A stretch of 64,000 nt of DNA. Source: Armatimonadota bacterium. Lineage in GTDB: Bacteria > Armatimonadota > SYMT01. Below, piece after piece: positions 47,973-58,290 of this stretch. How positions within the stretch are numbered: the first letter of the stretch is position 1; each line of letters starts with the position of its first letter. A program made the position numbers and the translations under genes. The DNA lies in the NCBI GenBank assembly GCA_046292385.1, contig JBKBRF010000016.1:66941-130940 (forward strand), in the 5' to 3' direction. Under the pieces are notes generated by a model that saw only the letters and a program-made list of their open reading frames with translations, was not told the DNA's origin and searched no databases.

Positions 47973-48899
47973 TTAAGCGGCGCGGACCTCAACTCGAAAA
48001 CGTGGGTCGGCTTCCAGCACCGGCAGGACCGCCATCACCGCCAGGTCTTTGCCCTTCGCTTCGAACATGATGTCGAAGTCGGTCGCGACGCCGCGCGTCT
48101 CGGCGAGGAACGACTCCAGCTCCGCCTCTTCGATCCAGTAGTGATGGGCGCCGCGCTTCTTCTCCGGATCCTGGGAGCTGAAGTGGATCTTGGGCGGGCC
48201 GTCTTCCGCGGTCCACGTGGCGAAGACGCGGCGCAGCAGGGCGGCCGGGGAGAGGTCGTCCCAGCCGTCCGGGTGGCAGGCGTGGTGCAGCGTGTCGACC
48301 ACCACCGGCAGCCCCACGCGCGCGGAGAGGTCGATCATCCTCCGGGCGCTGTAGAACCGCTCGTCATTCTCCAGCACCAGGTGCCGGCGGTGCTCCGGCG
48401 CCACCTCCGCCAGCGCGGCTTCCAGGCGCGCCTCCGCTTCCGGGAAGGTGGGCGTGGAGATCCCGCCGTGCAGGATGATCTTGTGCTCCGGACCCAGCTC
48501 CATCGCCTCCAGCACCCGGCCCATGTAGTGGACGTCCGCCAGGGCGGAGGCGACGACGGCGGGATTCGCCGAGTTGAGGATCGTGTAGTGACTGGCGTGG
48601 AAGGAGATCCGGTGCCCCCAGGCGCGGACCCGTTTCCCGATGGAGCGGAAGCGGTAGCCGTAGTCGTCCCACCAGCGGAGCTCGTTCACCGGGTGCGAGG
48701 CGAACGGGATGAAGTCGTTCCCCAGTCGGAAGAGCCGCAGGCCGCGCTGTTCGTTCAGCTCCAGGATCTGCTCCAGGCCGTCGAGGTTCGCGTGGATCAG
48801 CGCCCGCAGCCGCTCGGGCGTCGCATTTTTAAGGATCGTGCTGCGCTGGCATCTCAGCTCTTCCTGGCCTAAGCAGATACAGGCGTATCCCACTCGCAT
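47973..48899 (-). CDS. uvsE: UV DNA damage repair endonuclease
   Basis: MRVGYAC, LFRL...IPFASH, ISFH, IILHGG, LENDE, DTLHH, KIHFS, MFEAKGKD. Confidence 0.93.
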   Translation of the reverse strand: MRVGYACICLGQEELRCQRSTILKNATPERLRALIHANLDGLEQILELNEQRGLRLFRLGNDFIPFASHPVNELRWWDDYGYRFRSIGKRVRAWGHRISFHASHYTILNSANPAVVASALADVHYMGRVLEAMELGPEHKIILHGGISTPTFPEAEARLEAALAEVAPEHRRHLVLENDERFYSARRMIDLSARVGLPVVVDTLHHACHPDGWDDLSPAALLRRVFATWTAEDGPPKIHFSSQDPEKKRGAHHYWIEEAELESFLAETRGVATDFDIMFEAKGKDLAVMAVLPVLEADPRFRVEVRAA

Positions 48900-49059
48900 C
48901 GAGTGCTCCTCTCCGAACCGGCGCCGGCCGGCGTCGTCGGAGGGGTTATAACCGGGGCGCCGGGAGATCACGACACCGGTACTGCGACTTCGTTCGAAGC
49001 CAGCCGCGAGGCGTCGACGCTGCTACGATACTGGTAAGGTCCCCGCTCGCTTGCTCCAG

Positions 49060-52000
49060 ATGCCGCAGTCGAATCCCCTCACCGCTGTAGCCCGCCGCGA
49101 TCCCCTCACCGGCGCTCTCTCCCGGGAGCTGCTGGAGAGCGCCGCGTTCACGCTCCTCTCCGAAAGCCGCGATGCCGGGCAGCCGTGCGCCCTGCTGGTG
49201 CTCGACCTCGATCACTTCAAGTCGATCAACGACGCGTACGGCCACACCCGGGGAGACCAGGCGCTCGCCCACTTCACCACGGAGCTGCGTGCCACGCTGC
49301 GGGACGGCGACATGGTCTTCCGCTTCGGCGGCGACGAGTTCGTGGTGCTGCTGCGGCGCGCCGGCGCGGCACAGGCCGGGACGTTTGCGGAGCGCTTCCT
49401 CCGGACCCTCCGGCGGCACCCGGCGCCCGGCGACCCGCCGCTCCAGCTCAGCGCGAGCGTGGGCGTGGCCGTCTTCCCGGAGGACGCGCTCACCCCCGGC
49501 GCGCTCTTCGACACCGCGGACCAGCGGCACTTCGAAGCGAAGCGCGCCGGCCGCGCGCGCGTGGTGGCCGCCAGCGCGCCGGAAGCGAGCGCGGGCGCCG
49601 CGCTGGACGCCGGCCGCGTGCTGGAGCGGGAGACGGAGCTCGTGCAGCTTCACGCCTTCCTGGAGCGGCTCGGCCAGGTGCCTTCGGCAGTGCTGGAGGT
49701 GGCCGGGGCGCGGGGGAGCGGGCGCAGCCGCTTCTTGCAGGAAGCCCGGCGGTCGGCCCGTCTCCGGGGCTATGTGGCCGTGTCCCTCAAGGGGAGCCGC
49801 CCCCTCCGTGCCCGCACGTTCGGAGCGCTGCTGGAGGCCGAGGGTGTGCCGCGGGAGATCCCCGGCCCGTTCGAGGGCGTCCGCGCCGCTGCGGCCGCCT
49901 GGGAGGACTACGTGGAGCGAGGCGGACACAGCGGCCTCCTCTTTTTCATCGACAACCTTCCCCAGCTCGATCCCGGCTCGCTCCGGTTCCTCCAGCAGCT
50001 CGCCTCCGCCGCGCCGGTCGACCGGCTCGCGTTCATCGTCTCCACGGAGGCGCGCGGCCAGGCGAAGGGGCTGGAGGCGGGCGAGGTGGAGACCCTGGAG
50101 CTGCAGCCGCTTACCCGGGGCGGGGTGCACCTCTGGATCCGCAACAACATCCATTCCGAGGCGCCCGCGGCCTTCACCGAATGGCTGCACCGGGAGACGC
50201 ATGGGCTCCCCCGGCTGCTGCGAAAGGCGCTCTCCGGATTGGTGGCGGAGGGGCTGGTGCGCCGCGGGAGCGGAGACTGGCGCGTCTCCGCGCTGGTGCG
50301 CGAGCCGCTCTCCCACTGGCTGCCTTCGCCGCTGCACGTTTCCTACAGCCTTCCGGAGCTGGAGCCGGACCTGGTGGGCCGGTGGGAGGAGATCCGGTCG
50401 CTGAAGTCGCTGCTGCGCGACCACCCCCTCGTGACCGTGAGCGGGCTCGGCGGGATCGGCAAGACGCGCCTGGCGCTGCAAGCCGCCGCGGAGCTGGGAG
50501 AGGAGCTGCCGCACCGCGCCGCCTTCGTGCCGCTCGCCTCGGTTGAGACGGGGAGTCTCGTGCCGGAGGCGATTCTCCAGGCGCTCGGGCAGGCACCCTC
50601 GGCCGGCCGGGACAGCCGCCGGCGCACTTTCGACTACCTGCGAGAGCGCTCGATGGTGCTGGTGCTCGACAACATGGAGCACCTCCCCTCCGCGAGCGCG
50701 TTCGTCGCGGACCTGCTCCGGGAGGCGCCGTCTCTGCGCCTGCTGGTCACCAGCCGCGAGCGGCTGGGCCTCCCCAGCGAGGTGGTGCTGTCGCTCGTCG
50801 GCCTCGCTGCGGAAGAGTGCCGCGAGGGAGACGCGATCAGTCCCGCTGCACAGCTCTTCCTGAGCTGCGCCCGCCGGCACGACCCTTCCCTGGAGTACCG
50901 CGGCGAGACCCGCGCCGTGGTCGACCGCATCTGCGCCCGGGTGCAGGGGATGCCGCTCGCCCTGGAGCTGGCAGCCGCCTCCGTCTCCCTCTACTCGCTG
51001 CCGGAGATCGACGCGCAGATCGAGCGCAACCTCGACCTCCTGGCCGACGGCGCCTCTCCGCATCCGGACCGGCACCGCAGCGTCCAGGCGGTCTGCACCT
51101 CCCTCTGGGGCCAGTTCTCCGAGGCGGAGCAGCAGTCGCTGGAGCGGCTCTCGATCTTCCGGGGCGGCTTCACGCGGGACGCGGCCCGGGCGCTGGCGAG
51201 CGCGTCGCCATTTTTCCTCGACGCGCTCACGTTGAAGGGGGTGCTGAGCCGGCGCGCGGAGGGCCGGTACGGCATCCACGAGCTGCTGCGGCAGTTCGCC
51301 TACTCGGAGCTGCGGACGCGGGAGGGCGCGCGGGCCGACGCGCTGGAGCGCCACAGCCGCTACTACCTGGCGCAGGTCTCGGACCAGCATGAAGCGCTCT
51401 TCAGTCCCGAGCTGGACCCGGCGCTCGCCGCGCTGATGGACGAGATCGACAACATCCGCGCGGCGTGGTCGCACGCGACCGACACCGGCTCGTTCTCGCT
51501 CCTCTCCGCGGCGGGTCCCGCGCTCGCCCGCTTCTACCGCATCTCCGGGCTGCTCCGCGAGGGAGAGGACGTCTTCCGCCAGGCGCTGGAGCGGGTCCTG
51601 GCGCTCTCACCGGAGGAGCTGGAGCGGTGTGAGGTCGCGCGCCGGCTGCGAGCGGAGCTGGCACTGGAGCACGCCCAGGCCCTGCGGTTGATCGGACACC
51701 TGGAAGAGGCGCTGCACCGGGTTGAAGAAGCGTTCCGGTGGGCCGAGGAAGCTGGCCTGCCGGACGTAGCGACGAAGGCGCGGCTCCTCCGCGGCCAGAC
51801 GCTCGGCATCCAGGGCCACCACGAGGAGGCTTTCGCGGAGCTGGAGCGGACTGCCGAGGAGGCGCGAGAGCGCGATCTACCGTGGGAAGAGGGCGACTCC
51901 TTCACCGGCCGGGGAATCATCGCCGCCCGGCGGGGACGGTTCGACGAAGCCGGCGACTTCTTCCGCCGCGCGGAGGAGATCTACCGCATCCACGGCGCGC

Positions 52001-52917
52001 TCCGGGGGCTCGCGTCGGTGACCCAGAACCTGACGATGCTCTACGGCATGCAGGGCCGGCTGGAAGAGGCGCGGAGCTACGCCGAGGCGGCCCTGGAGTA
52101 CCAGCGCGTCAACGGGAAGAGCGCTGTCGTAGCGATGTCGCTCAACAACCTCGGAATCCTGTGCGAGATGGGAGCGGACTACCACCGGGCGCGCGAGAAT
52201 TACGAGGAGGGCCTGCGAACGGCGCGGGAGTTCGGCGACATCAACGCCGAGTCGACCGTTCTCGACAACCTGGGGGGACTCTGGGACCTGCTGGGCGACT
52301 ACGACCGCGCCGAGGCGAGCTGCTTCCACACGATCCGTCTCTGCGAGCGCTCCGGTGAGAAGCGCCTCGCCGCTAGCGCGCTCTGCACCCTCGGCCTGGT
52401 CTACTACCACCAGGGCAACTTCGAGGCGGGGATGGAGCGGATCGAGGAGTGCCGGGAGCTGCTGGGTGACGGGGGAGACCGCGCCAATCACGTGCAGGCG
52501 CTGATCACGCTGGGGCATCTAAAGGCCGCCGCGGGAGAGCTCGCCGCCGCCAGGGAGGCCTACGCGCAGGCGGTGAGCGACTGCCCACCCGGCGGGCCCG
52601 GCGGCCAGCGGAGCGAAGCCCTGACCGGGCTCGCCCGGGTTGCGCTCGCCGAAGGGGAAGTCGAGCAGGCGGCGGCACACTGCCGCGAGGCGCTGGGGGA
52701 CGATCCCGTCGCCGCCATCCTCGGCGCCCGCGAGCCGCTGCGGATCCTGCTGACCTCCGCCATCTGCTTCGCGGAAGCGGGAGCACCGGAGCAGGCTGCG
52801 GAGATCCGCGTCCTCGGCCGCCGCCTGCTCCTGGAGCGCGCCGACCGTCTCCCGAACGAGGAGATCCGGCGCGGTTACCTGGAGAACATCGAGGTCCACC
52901 GGGCGCTGCTGCGCTGA
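49060..52917 (+). CDS. Diguanylate cyclase fused to tandem STAND-type NTPase modules and TPRs
   Basis: DLDHFKSINDAYGH, RDGD..RFGGDEF. First module GARGSGRS/FFIDN/HGLP. Second module GLGGIGKT/LVLDN/VTSRE/GMPLALE. C-terminal TPRs. Confidence 0.9.
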   Translation: MPQSNPLTAVARRDPLTGALSRELLESAAFTLLSESRDAGQPCALLVLDLDHFKSINDAYGHTRGDQALAHFTTELRATLRDGDMVFRFGGDEFVVLLRRAGAAQAGTFAERFLRTLRRHPAPGDPPLQLSASVGVAVFPEDALTPGALFDTADQRHFEAKRAGRARVVAASAPEASAGAALDAGRVLERETELVQLHAFLERLGQVPSAVLEVAGARGSGRSRFLQEARRSARLRGYVAVSLKGSRPLRARTFGALLEAEGVPREIPGPFEGVRAAAAAWEDYVERGGHSGLLFFIDNLPQLDPGSLRFLQQLASAAPVDRLAFIVSTEARGQAKGLEAGEVETLELQPLTRGGVHLWIRNNIHSEAPAAFTEWLHRETHGLPRLLRKALSGLVAEGLVRRGSGDWRVSALVREPLSHWLPSPLHVSYSLPELEPDLVGRWEEIRSLKSLLRDHPLVTVSGLGGIGKTRLALQAAAELGEELPHRAAFVPLASVETGSLVPEAILQALGQAPSAGRDSRRRTFDYLRERSMVLVLDNMEHLPSASAFVADLLREAPSLRLLVTSRERLGLPSEVVLSLVGLAAEECREGDAISPAAQLFLSCARRHDPSLEYRGETRAVVDRICARVQGMPLALELAAASVSLYSLPEIDAQIERNLDLLADGASPHPDRHRSVQAVCTSLWGQFSEAEQQSLERLSIFRGGFTRDAARALASASPFFLDALTLKGVLSRRAEGRYGIHELLRQFAYSELRTREGARADALERHSRYYLAQVSDQHEALFSPELDPALAALMDEIDNIRAAWSHATDTGSFSLLSAAGPALARFYRISGLLREGEDVFRQALERVLALSPEELERCEVARRLRAELALEHAQALRLIGHLEEALHRVEEAFRWAEEAGLPDVATKARLLRGQTLGIQGHHEEAFAELERTAEEARERDLPWEEGDSFTGRGIIAARRGRFDEAGDFFRRAEEIYRIHGALRGLASVTQNLTMLYGMQGRLEEARSYAEAALEYQRVNGKSAVVAMSLNNLGILCEMGADYHRARENYEEGLRTAREFGDINAESTVLDNLGGLWDLLGDYDRAEASCFHTIRLCERSGEKRLAASALCTLGLVYYHQGNFEAGMERIEECRELLGDGGDRANHVQALITLGHLKAAAGELAAAREAYAQAVSDCPPGGPGGQRSEALTGLARVALAEGEVEQAAAHCREALGDDPVAAILGAREPLRILLTSAICFAEAGAPEQAAEIRVLGRRLLLERADRLPNEEIRRGYLENIEVHRALLR

Positions 52918-53037
52918 GCCCGCTGGGCGAGCCTCTCACCGGTACCGGGCGCAAACCGCGGGGGCAGGGACTCCACCCGCGGTCCGCGAACCCCTTGGGA
53001 AGGGGCGGCCCCTTCTCCCCGCCCCGGGAGCGCTCCG

Positions 53038-54528
53038 ATGCGATACGCCACCCCGTTCCGGATTGCCCTCTCGACGCTGCTGGTTGCCGCGCTCGGCGCC
53101 TGTGGAACCCGGTCCGGCGCGGTGCGGGCGGAAGGGAGCGCGCCGCCGCCCACACCACCCGCAACCGGCAGCGCCCCGGAGACTGAGACCACCGCCGTCA
53201 ACCCGGAGCCGAAAACCGCCGCTGCGAAGGCCAGGACGAGCCGGCCTGCCGCTGCCAGCGAGGGCCGGGCGGCGCCAGTGCAGCGGGCGGTCGCCGCGGG
53301 CCGCGCCGCGGCGCCGCCGGCGCCGCGAGCCGCGAGCGAGTGGGCGCAGTTCCGCGGTCCCGGCGGCGCGGGGATCAGTCCGGAAGCCGTGCCCACGTCC
53401 TGGAGCGCCAGCGAGGGAATCGTCTGGAAGACGGAGCTGCCGGGAGCGGGAACTTCCAGCCCGATCCTGCTCGGGAGCCGGGTGTTCCTGACCTGCTACA
53501 GCGGCTATTCCGGGCCCGGCCAGCCGGGCAGCTCTCCGGACCAGCTCCGCCGTCACGTGGTCTGCCTCGACCGCGCCACCGGCAAGCTGCTCTGGAACAG
53601 CGAAGTACCGGGAAAGACCGGAGAGGAGGCGAGCATCCGCGAGGATCACGGCTACGCTTCCAGCACCCCGGCGGCGGACGCGGAGCGAGTCTACGCGTTC
53701 TTCGGGCGCTCCGGCGTCTTCGCGATCGACCACCAGGGGAAGCAGCTCTGGCGGGCCGACGTGGGTGACCGCACCCACAACTGGGGCTCCGCCGCCTCGC
53801 CGGTGCTGCACGGTAACCTGGTGATCATCAATGCCAGCGTGGAGAGCGAGTCGCTGGTGGGCCTCGACCGCCGCACCGGTAAGGAGGTGTGGCGGACCGG
53901 CGGCATCAAGGAGTCGTGGAACACGCCGATCCTGGTCCGGAACCCCGCCGGGAAGACGGAGCTGGTGGTCGCCATCTTCCGAGCGGTCCAGGGCTTCGAT
54001 CCGGAGACCGGGGAGCGGCTCTGGAGCTGCGACACCGGCATCAACTGGTACATGGTGCCCAGCCTGGTCTCGCGCGACGGAGTGGTCTACTGCATCGGCG
54101 GGCGCGGCGGCGGCGGCTCCCTGGCGATCCGGACCGGCGGGCGCGGCGACGTGACCGGGAGCCACCGGCTCTGGAAGGGCGACGTCGGCTCCAACGTCCC
54201 CTCCCCCATCCTGCACGGCGATCACCTCTACTGGATGCGCGACAGCCCCGCCGTGGCGTTCTGCGCGGACGCGAAGACCGGGCGCATTCTGTATGAGGAG
54301 CGCGTCCCGGGCGCCGACCAGGTCTACGCCTCGCCGGTGCTGGCAGGTGGAAACCTCTACTACCTCTCGCGCGGCGGCCGGATGTTCATCGTGCCCGCGA
54401 AGCCCACCTTCGAAGTGCTGGCGACGAACGAACTGGGGGAGCGAGCCACCTACAACTCGACGCCCGCCGCAGCGGGAGGGCGGCTCTACCTCCGCTCCGA
54501 CCGGCACCTCTATTGCATCGGCCGGTAG
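53038..54528 (+). CDS. PQQ-like beta-propeller (BamB-like) lipoprotein
   Basis: Lipobox LGAC, Ala/Pro linker, WAQFRGP, repeated CLDRATGKLLW blades. Confidence 0.9.
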   Translation: MRYATPFRIALSTLLVAALGACGTRSGAVRAEGSAPPPTPPATGSAPETETTAVNPEPKTAAAKARTSRPAAASEGRAAPVQRAVAAGRAAAPPAPRAASEWAQFRGPGGAGISPEAVPTSWSASEGIVWKTELPGAGTSSPILLGSRVFLTCYSGYSGPGQPGSSPDQLRRHVVCLDRATGKLLWNSEVPGKTGEEASIREDHGYASSTPAADAERVYAFFGRSGVFAIDHQGKQLWRADVGDRTHNWGSAASPVLHGNLVIINASVESESLVGLDRRTGKEVWRTGGIKESWNTPILVRNPAGKTELVVAIFRAVQGFDPETGERLWSCDTGINWYMVPSLVSRDGVVYCIGGRGGGGSLAIRTGGRGDVTGSHRLWKGDVGSNVPSPILHGDHLYWMRDSPAVAFCADAKTGRILYEERVPGADQVYASPVLAGGNLYYLSRGGRMFIVPAKPTFEVLATNELGERATYNSTPAAAGGRLYLRSDRHLYCIGR

Positions 54529-54558
54529 GGGTGGAGGGCACGGCATGGCACCGTCTGT

Positions 54559-55968
54559 ATGAGTGAGCTGCTGAACTGGCGCCTGCTGCCGGACGGCGCG
54601 TCGATCCTGGTGGGGCTCAGCGGCGGCGCCGACTCGCTGGCGCTGCTGCACGCGCTCTGCGCCGGGCGCGAGGCGCACGGGTGGAGCGTCGCCGCGGTCC
54701 ACGTCCACCACGGCATGCGAGGCGAGGCGGCGGAGGCGGACGTCCGCTTCCTGGAGCAGCTCTGCGGCGACTGGAGCGTGCCGCTCACGGTGGTGCGGGT
54801 CGATGTTCCCGCGCTGGCGCGTGCCCGGCGGATCTCCGTGGAAGAGGCGGGACGCGACGCCCGGTACGCCGCGTTCGCCGAGGTCGCCGGGTCGCGGGGA
54901 GCGGAGCGGGTCGCCACCGCGCACCACGCGGACGACCAGGTCGAGACGGTGCTCATGAACCTCCTGCGCGGCACCGGGACTGATGGGCTCGCCGGCATCC
55001 CGGAGGAGCGCCCGCTCGCCCGCGGCAGTGCCGTCCGCGTGGTGCGCCCGCTGCTCGATCGTTCCCGCGCGGAGCTGGCCGCCTACTGCGAAGCGCACGG
55101 GCTGCAGCCGCGGCACGACGTGACGAACGACGACCTCTCCTACCGCCGCAACCGGCTGCGCGCCACGGTGCTCCCGCTGCTGGAGGCGGAGTCGCCTTCC
55201 CTGCGCTCCCACCTGCTCCAGCTCTCCCGCCAGGTACGGGAGGAGCAGTCGGCGCTGGAACGCCTCGCCGCGGAGCTGCGCTCCGCCTCCTCGGTGACGA
55301 CGACCGGGCCAGGACTCGTTCTGGACGCCGGCACTCTCGCCCAGGCGCCCCCGGCGCTGGCGCGGCGGGCGCTGCGGCAGCTGCTGGAGGAAGCGACTCC
55401 CGGCGTCGAGATCTCCGCCGCGCTGCTCCAGCGGTTGTGGGAATTGGTCGCCGCCGGCGAGCCGTCCGCCGTCGATCTGCCGGGCGCCCCGTGGCGAGCC
55501 CGGCGGGTGCGGGACCAGCTCCGGCTGGAGCCGGCCGAGCCCCGTCGGTCCCCCACTCCGGTGCTACCGCGGACGCTCTCCCTCTCCGGAGAAGTCGAGG
55601 CGCCGGAGCTGGGCATCGCGCTTCGCCTGGAGGTCGGGCACCCGCCGGACGACCCCCGCCGCCCGCCGCTGGAGGCGGTGCTCGATCTACAGGCGCTGCG
55701 TCCGCCGCTGTGCCTCCGCGCGCCGGAGCGCGGAGACCGCTTCCGCCCTCTCGGCGCGCCCGGAACGCGGCTCCTGAGCGACCTTTTCACCGACCGCAAG
55801 ATTCCCCGCGAGGAGCGCGCCGCCTGGCCCGTGCTGGCGGACGAAGAGGGGATCGTGTGGGTGGTCGGCCTCGCCATCGCCGACCGGTCGCGCGTGCGGC
55901 CGGAGACCCGGGAATGCCTGCGCGTTACCGCCCGTCGACTCCTCGGTAAGATGGAGCGTGTTGCATAG
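54559..55968 (+). CDS. tilS: tRNA(Ile)-lysidine synthetase
   Basis: GLSGGADS PP-loop, HVHHGMR, EEAGRDARY, TAHHADDQVET, RNRLR, TilS C-terminal domain. Confidence 0.96.
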   Translation: MSELLNWRLLPDGASILVGLSGGADSLALLHALCAGREAHGWSVAAVHVHHGMRGEAAEADVRFLEQLCGDWSVPLTVVRVDVPALARARRISVEEAGRDARYAAFAEVAGSRGAERVATAHHADDQVETVLMNLLRGTGTDGLAGIPEERPLARGSAVRVVRPLLDRSRAELAAYCEAHGLQPRHDVTNDDLSYRRNRLRATVLPLLEAESPSLRSHLLQLSRQVREEQSALERLAAELRSASSVTTTGPGLVLDAGTLAQAPPALARRALRQLLEEATPGVEISAALLQRLWELVAAGEPSAVDLPGAPWRARRVRDQLRLEPAEPRRSPTPVLPRTLSLSGEVEAPELGIALRLEVGHPPDDPRRPPLEAVLDLQALRPPLCLRAPERGDRFRPLGAPGTRLLSDLFTDRKIPREERAAWPVLADEEGIVWVVGLAIADRSRVRPETRECLRVTARRLLGKMERVA

Positions 55969-56120
55969 TATTGCGTATTCCGTATTGCGTAGCGGTAGGC
56001 CTCTCCGCTTCACCGTACGTCGTGCCGGGCGGGAGGTTGTCACAGGAGCGATTCGCCCGGCACGACGTTGTGAACAGCGGTGTACGCCCATCGCTACGGA
56101 ATACGCGATACGGAATACGG
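55968..56120. repeat. ~150-bp palindromic element, (SCGTATT)n family, copy 3
   Basis: gtattgcgtattccgtattgcgtagcg ... acgtcgtgccgggcg ... cgcccggcacgacgt ... cgctacggaatacgcgatacggaatacgg. Confidence 0.9.
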
Positions 56121-56155
56121 AACCCCCCGCCACCGCAGACCGGTCCGGCCCCGCG

Positions 56156-56164
56156 TGGTATAAT
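56156..56164 (+). promoter_or_regulatory. Extended -10 promoter
   Basis: TGgTATAAT about 42 nt upstream of the ATG at 56207. Confidence 0.65.
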
Positions 56165-56206
56165 GGGGCCTTCCAAAACGGAAGCAGCTTTCGGAGACAC
56201 GGCCAG

Positions 56207-56491
56207 ATGGACGAACAGCGAGCGATTCAGGAGTTTCTCGGCGATCGTCCGCGCTCGGACCAGCTTTCGGAGTGGCGGGAGACGCTGGAGCAGCGGCTGC
56301 AGGCATTAGAAGCCGATGCGAAGGAAGCGGGGCCCGGCGCCGGCGCGCTCCAGGCCAAGCTCGCCCAGCTGCGCAAGCAGGTCGTAGCGCTGCGCGAAGA
56401 GGAGGCGGTGACTCGCTACGTGGAAGATTCGGTGCGCGTCACCCTGGCGATGGGATCGGTGACGCCGGATCTGGAAGGCCTGGATGAGTGA
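56207..56491 (+). CDS. Hypothetical coiled-coil protein
   Basis: Heptad pattern LEQRLQALE...LAQLRKQVVALREEE. First gene after the promoter. Confidence 0.7.
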   Translation: MDEQRAIQEFLGDRPRSDQLSEWRETLEQRLQALEADAKEAGPGAGALQAKLAQLRKQVVALREEEAVTRYVEDSVRVTLAMGSVTPDLEGLDE

Positions 56492-56539
56492 GAGCCGGGA
56501 GGGATGACAGCGGGAAGACCGTTGGAGAGGAGCAGTACC

Positions 56540-56890
56540 ATGGATCTACGGAGTTGTGACCGCTCGGGCGTGCGCCTGTTCGCGATTAACCTGAGGCTGG
56601 CGGAGCTGAGCCAGGAGATGCACCGCACGAAGATGCGCGTGCTCTACCTGGAGTCGCAGCTCGAGGATGCGCGCCTGGCCCACATGATGGGAGAGAAAGC
56701 GGGCGATCCCGGTGAGATCGGCACGCAGCTGGCAGCCTCTCGCGGCACGCTGGAGACGCAGCAGGAGCTGGTCGACCAGGTGAAGGACAGCCAGTGGAAG
56801 GCGCGCGTCGCCTACACCATGGCGCGGGTGCAGCAGAACCGGAAGGATCGCCAGGAGCGCGAGGCGAGCGAGCGGAGAGACGCGGAGTAA
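56540..56890 (+). CDS. Hypothetical coiled-coil protein
   Basis: GAGGAG RBS. Helical, charged sequence ending 2 nt before mtaB. Confidence 0.7.
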   Translation: MDLRSCDRSGVRLFAINLRLAELSQEMHRTKMRVLYLESQLEDARLAHMMGEKAGDPGEIGTQLAASRGTLETQQELVDQVKDSQWKARVAYTMARVQQNRKDRQEREASERRDAE

Positions 56891-56892
56891 CC

Positions 56893-58290
56893 ATGCCGGA
56901 GACGCGGCGGCCCCGGGCCAGCCTCTACACCCTGGGGTGCAAGGTCAACCAGTACGAGACGCGGGAGACGGCGGCGGAGCTGCTCCGGATGGGTTACCGG
57001 ATCGTGCCGTTCGGGCAGCCCGCCGACGTCTGCGTGGTGAATACCTGCTCCGTGACGGACCAGGCCGACGTGAAGTCGCGCGCCGCCATCCGCCGCGCTC
57101 GGCGCGCCGGCGACGACCCGCTGGTGGTGGCCACCGGCTGTTATGCCGACGCCGCCCCGGACGAGGTGGCCGCGCTCCCGGGGGTGGAAGCGGTGGTCGC
57201 CAACCGGGACAAGCCGCGGCTGGCGGAGGTGGTGGACGACGTCCTCCGCCGCAGCGGCCGGCTCCTCTTCTCGCTTGCGGAGGAGGGCGCGCCGGCCGCG
57301 GAGAGCCCGGAGGGGCTGGTCCAGCTCATGGCCGCCGCCGAGGGGACGCTGGCGCGCACCCGCGCCGTCATCAAGATCCAGGACGGCTGCAACCACTTTT
57401 GCTCCTTCTGCATCATCCCGTTCACCCGCGGCCGCCTGCGGAGCCGCCCGCCCGCGGAGGTGCTGGCGGAGGCGCGGGAGCTGGCGCGGATGGGCTACCG
57501 GGAGCTGGTGCTCACCGGGATCTGCCTGGGAGACTTCGGAGACGAGCGCGGCTTCGAGCCCGGCGCGGCGCGCGGCGACCGCGACCCGCTGGCGCTGCTG
57601 CTGGAGGAGCTCGCGGCGATCCCCGGCGTCGAGCGGCTGCGAATGAGCTCGATCGATCCGGCGGATACGTCGGACGACCTCCTGCGCACCATGGCCCGCC
57701 TGCCGCAGGTCTGCCGGCATCTCCACCTCTCGCTCCAGGCCGGCGACGAAGAGGTCCTGCGCCGGATGCGCCGCCGCTACTCCGCGGCCGACTTCCGGGC
57801 GCTGGTCGACCGCATCTACACCTGGATGCCGGACGCGGGGCTCACCTGCGACGTGATTGTCGGATTCCCGGGCGAGACGGACGCGCAGTTCGAGGAGACG
57901 GCGCGGCTCTGCGAGTATGCGCGCTTCTGCAAGATCCACGCCTTCCCGTACAGCGTCCGCTCCGGCACGCTCGCCGCGCGGCTGGAGGACGACGTCCCGG
58001 CCGCGGAGAAGCAGCGACGAGTGCACGCCCTGATGTCTCTTTCGGACCGGCTGGGGCTGGAGTTCGCCGAGCGCTACGCGGGTGAGACGGTGGAGGTGCT
58101 GGTGGAGCAGCGCGACCGGCACTCCGGCCAGCTTTCCGGCCTGACCGGCAACTACCTGCGGGTCTCGTTCGACGGCGACGACTCGCTGCGGGGAAGCGTG
58201 GTGCCGGTGCGGGTCCGCAGCGTCGGCTCCGAGGGCGCCGCCGGGGTGCTGGCCGCGGAGGAGCCGGTCCTAGCAGGAGGAGCTGAATGA
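56893..58290 (+). CDS. mtaB: tRNA t6A37 methylthiotransferase
   Basis: YTLGCKVNQYET, VNTCSVT, KIQDGCNHFCSFC radical-SAM motif, IVGFPGET. Confidence 0.95.
   Translation: MPETRRPRASLYTLGCKVNQYETRETAAELLRMGYRIVPFGQPADVCVVNTCSVTDQADVKSRAAIRRARRAGDDPLVVATGCYADAAPDEVAALPGVEAVVANRDKPRLAEVVDDVLRRSGRLLFSLAEEGAPAAESPEGLVQLMAAAEGTLARTRAVIKIQDGCNHFCSFCIIPFTRGRLRSRPPAEVLAEARELARMGYRELVLTGICLGDFGDERGFEPGAARGDRDPLALLLEELAAIPGVERLRMSSIDPADTSDDLLRTMARLPQVCRHLHLSLQAGDEEVLRRMRRRYSAADFRALVDRIYTWMPDAGLTCDVIVGFPGETDAQFEETARLCEYARFCKIHAFPYSVRSGTLAARLEDDVPAAEKQRRVHALMSLSDRLGLEFAERYAGETVEVLVEQRDRHSGQLSGLTGNYLRVSFDGDDSLRGSVVPVRVRSVGSEGAAGVLAAEEPVLAGGAE

Noticed and set aside
52940..53030. c-di-GMP-I riboswitch after the GGDEF gene (gcaaaccgcggg...)
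   Set aside because: It lacks the GNRA-capped P2 and the GACGCAAAGC/P3 consensus. Only generic hairpins are present.
55958..56206. N-terminal extensions and short ORFs reading ..ATEYAIRNT.. or ..NLQTCNLQ.. in several places
   Set aside because: These are translations of the SCGTATT and GCAGGTT DNA repeats, not a protein family.
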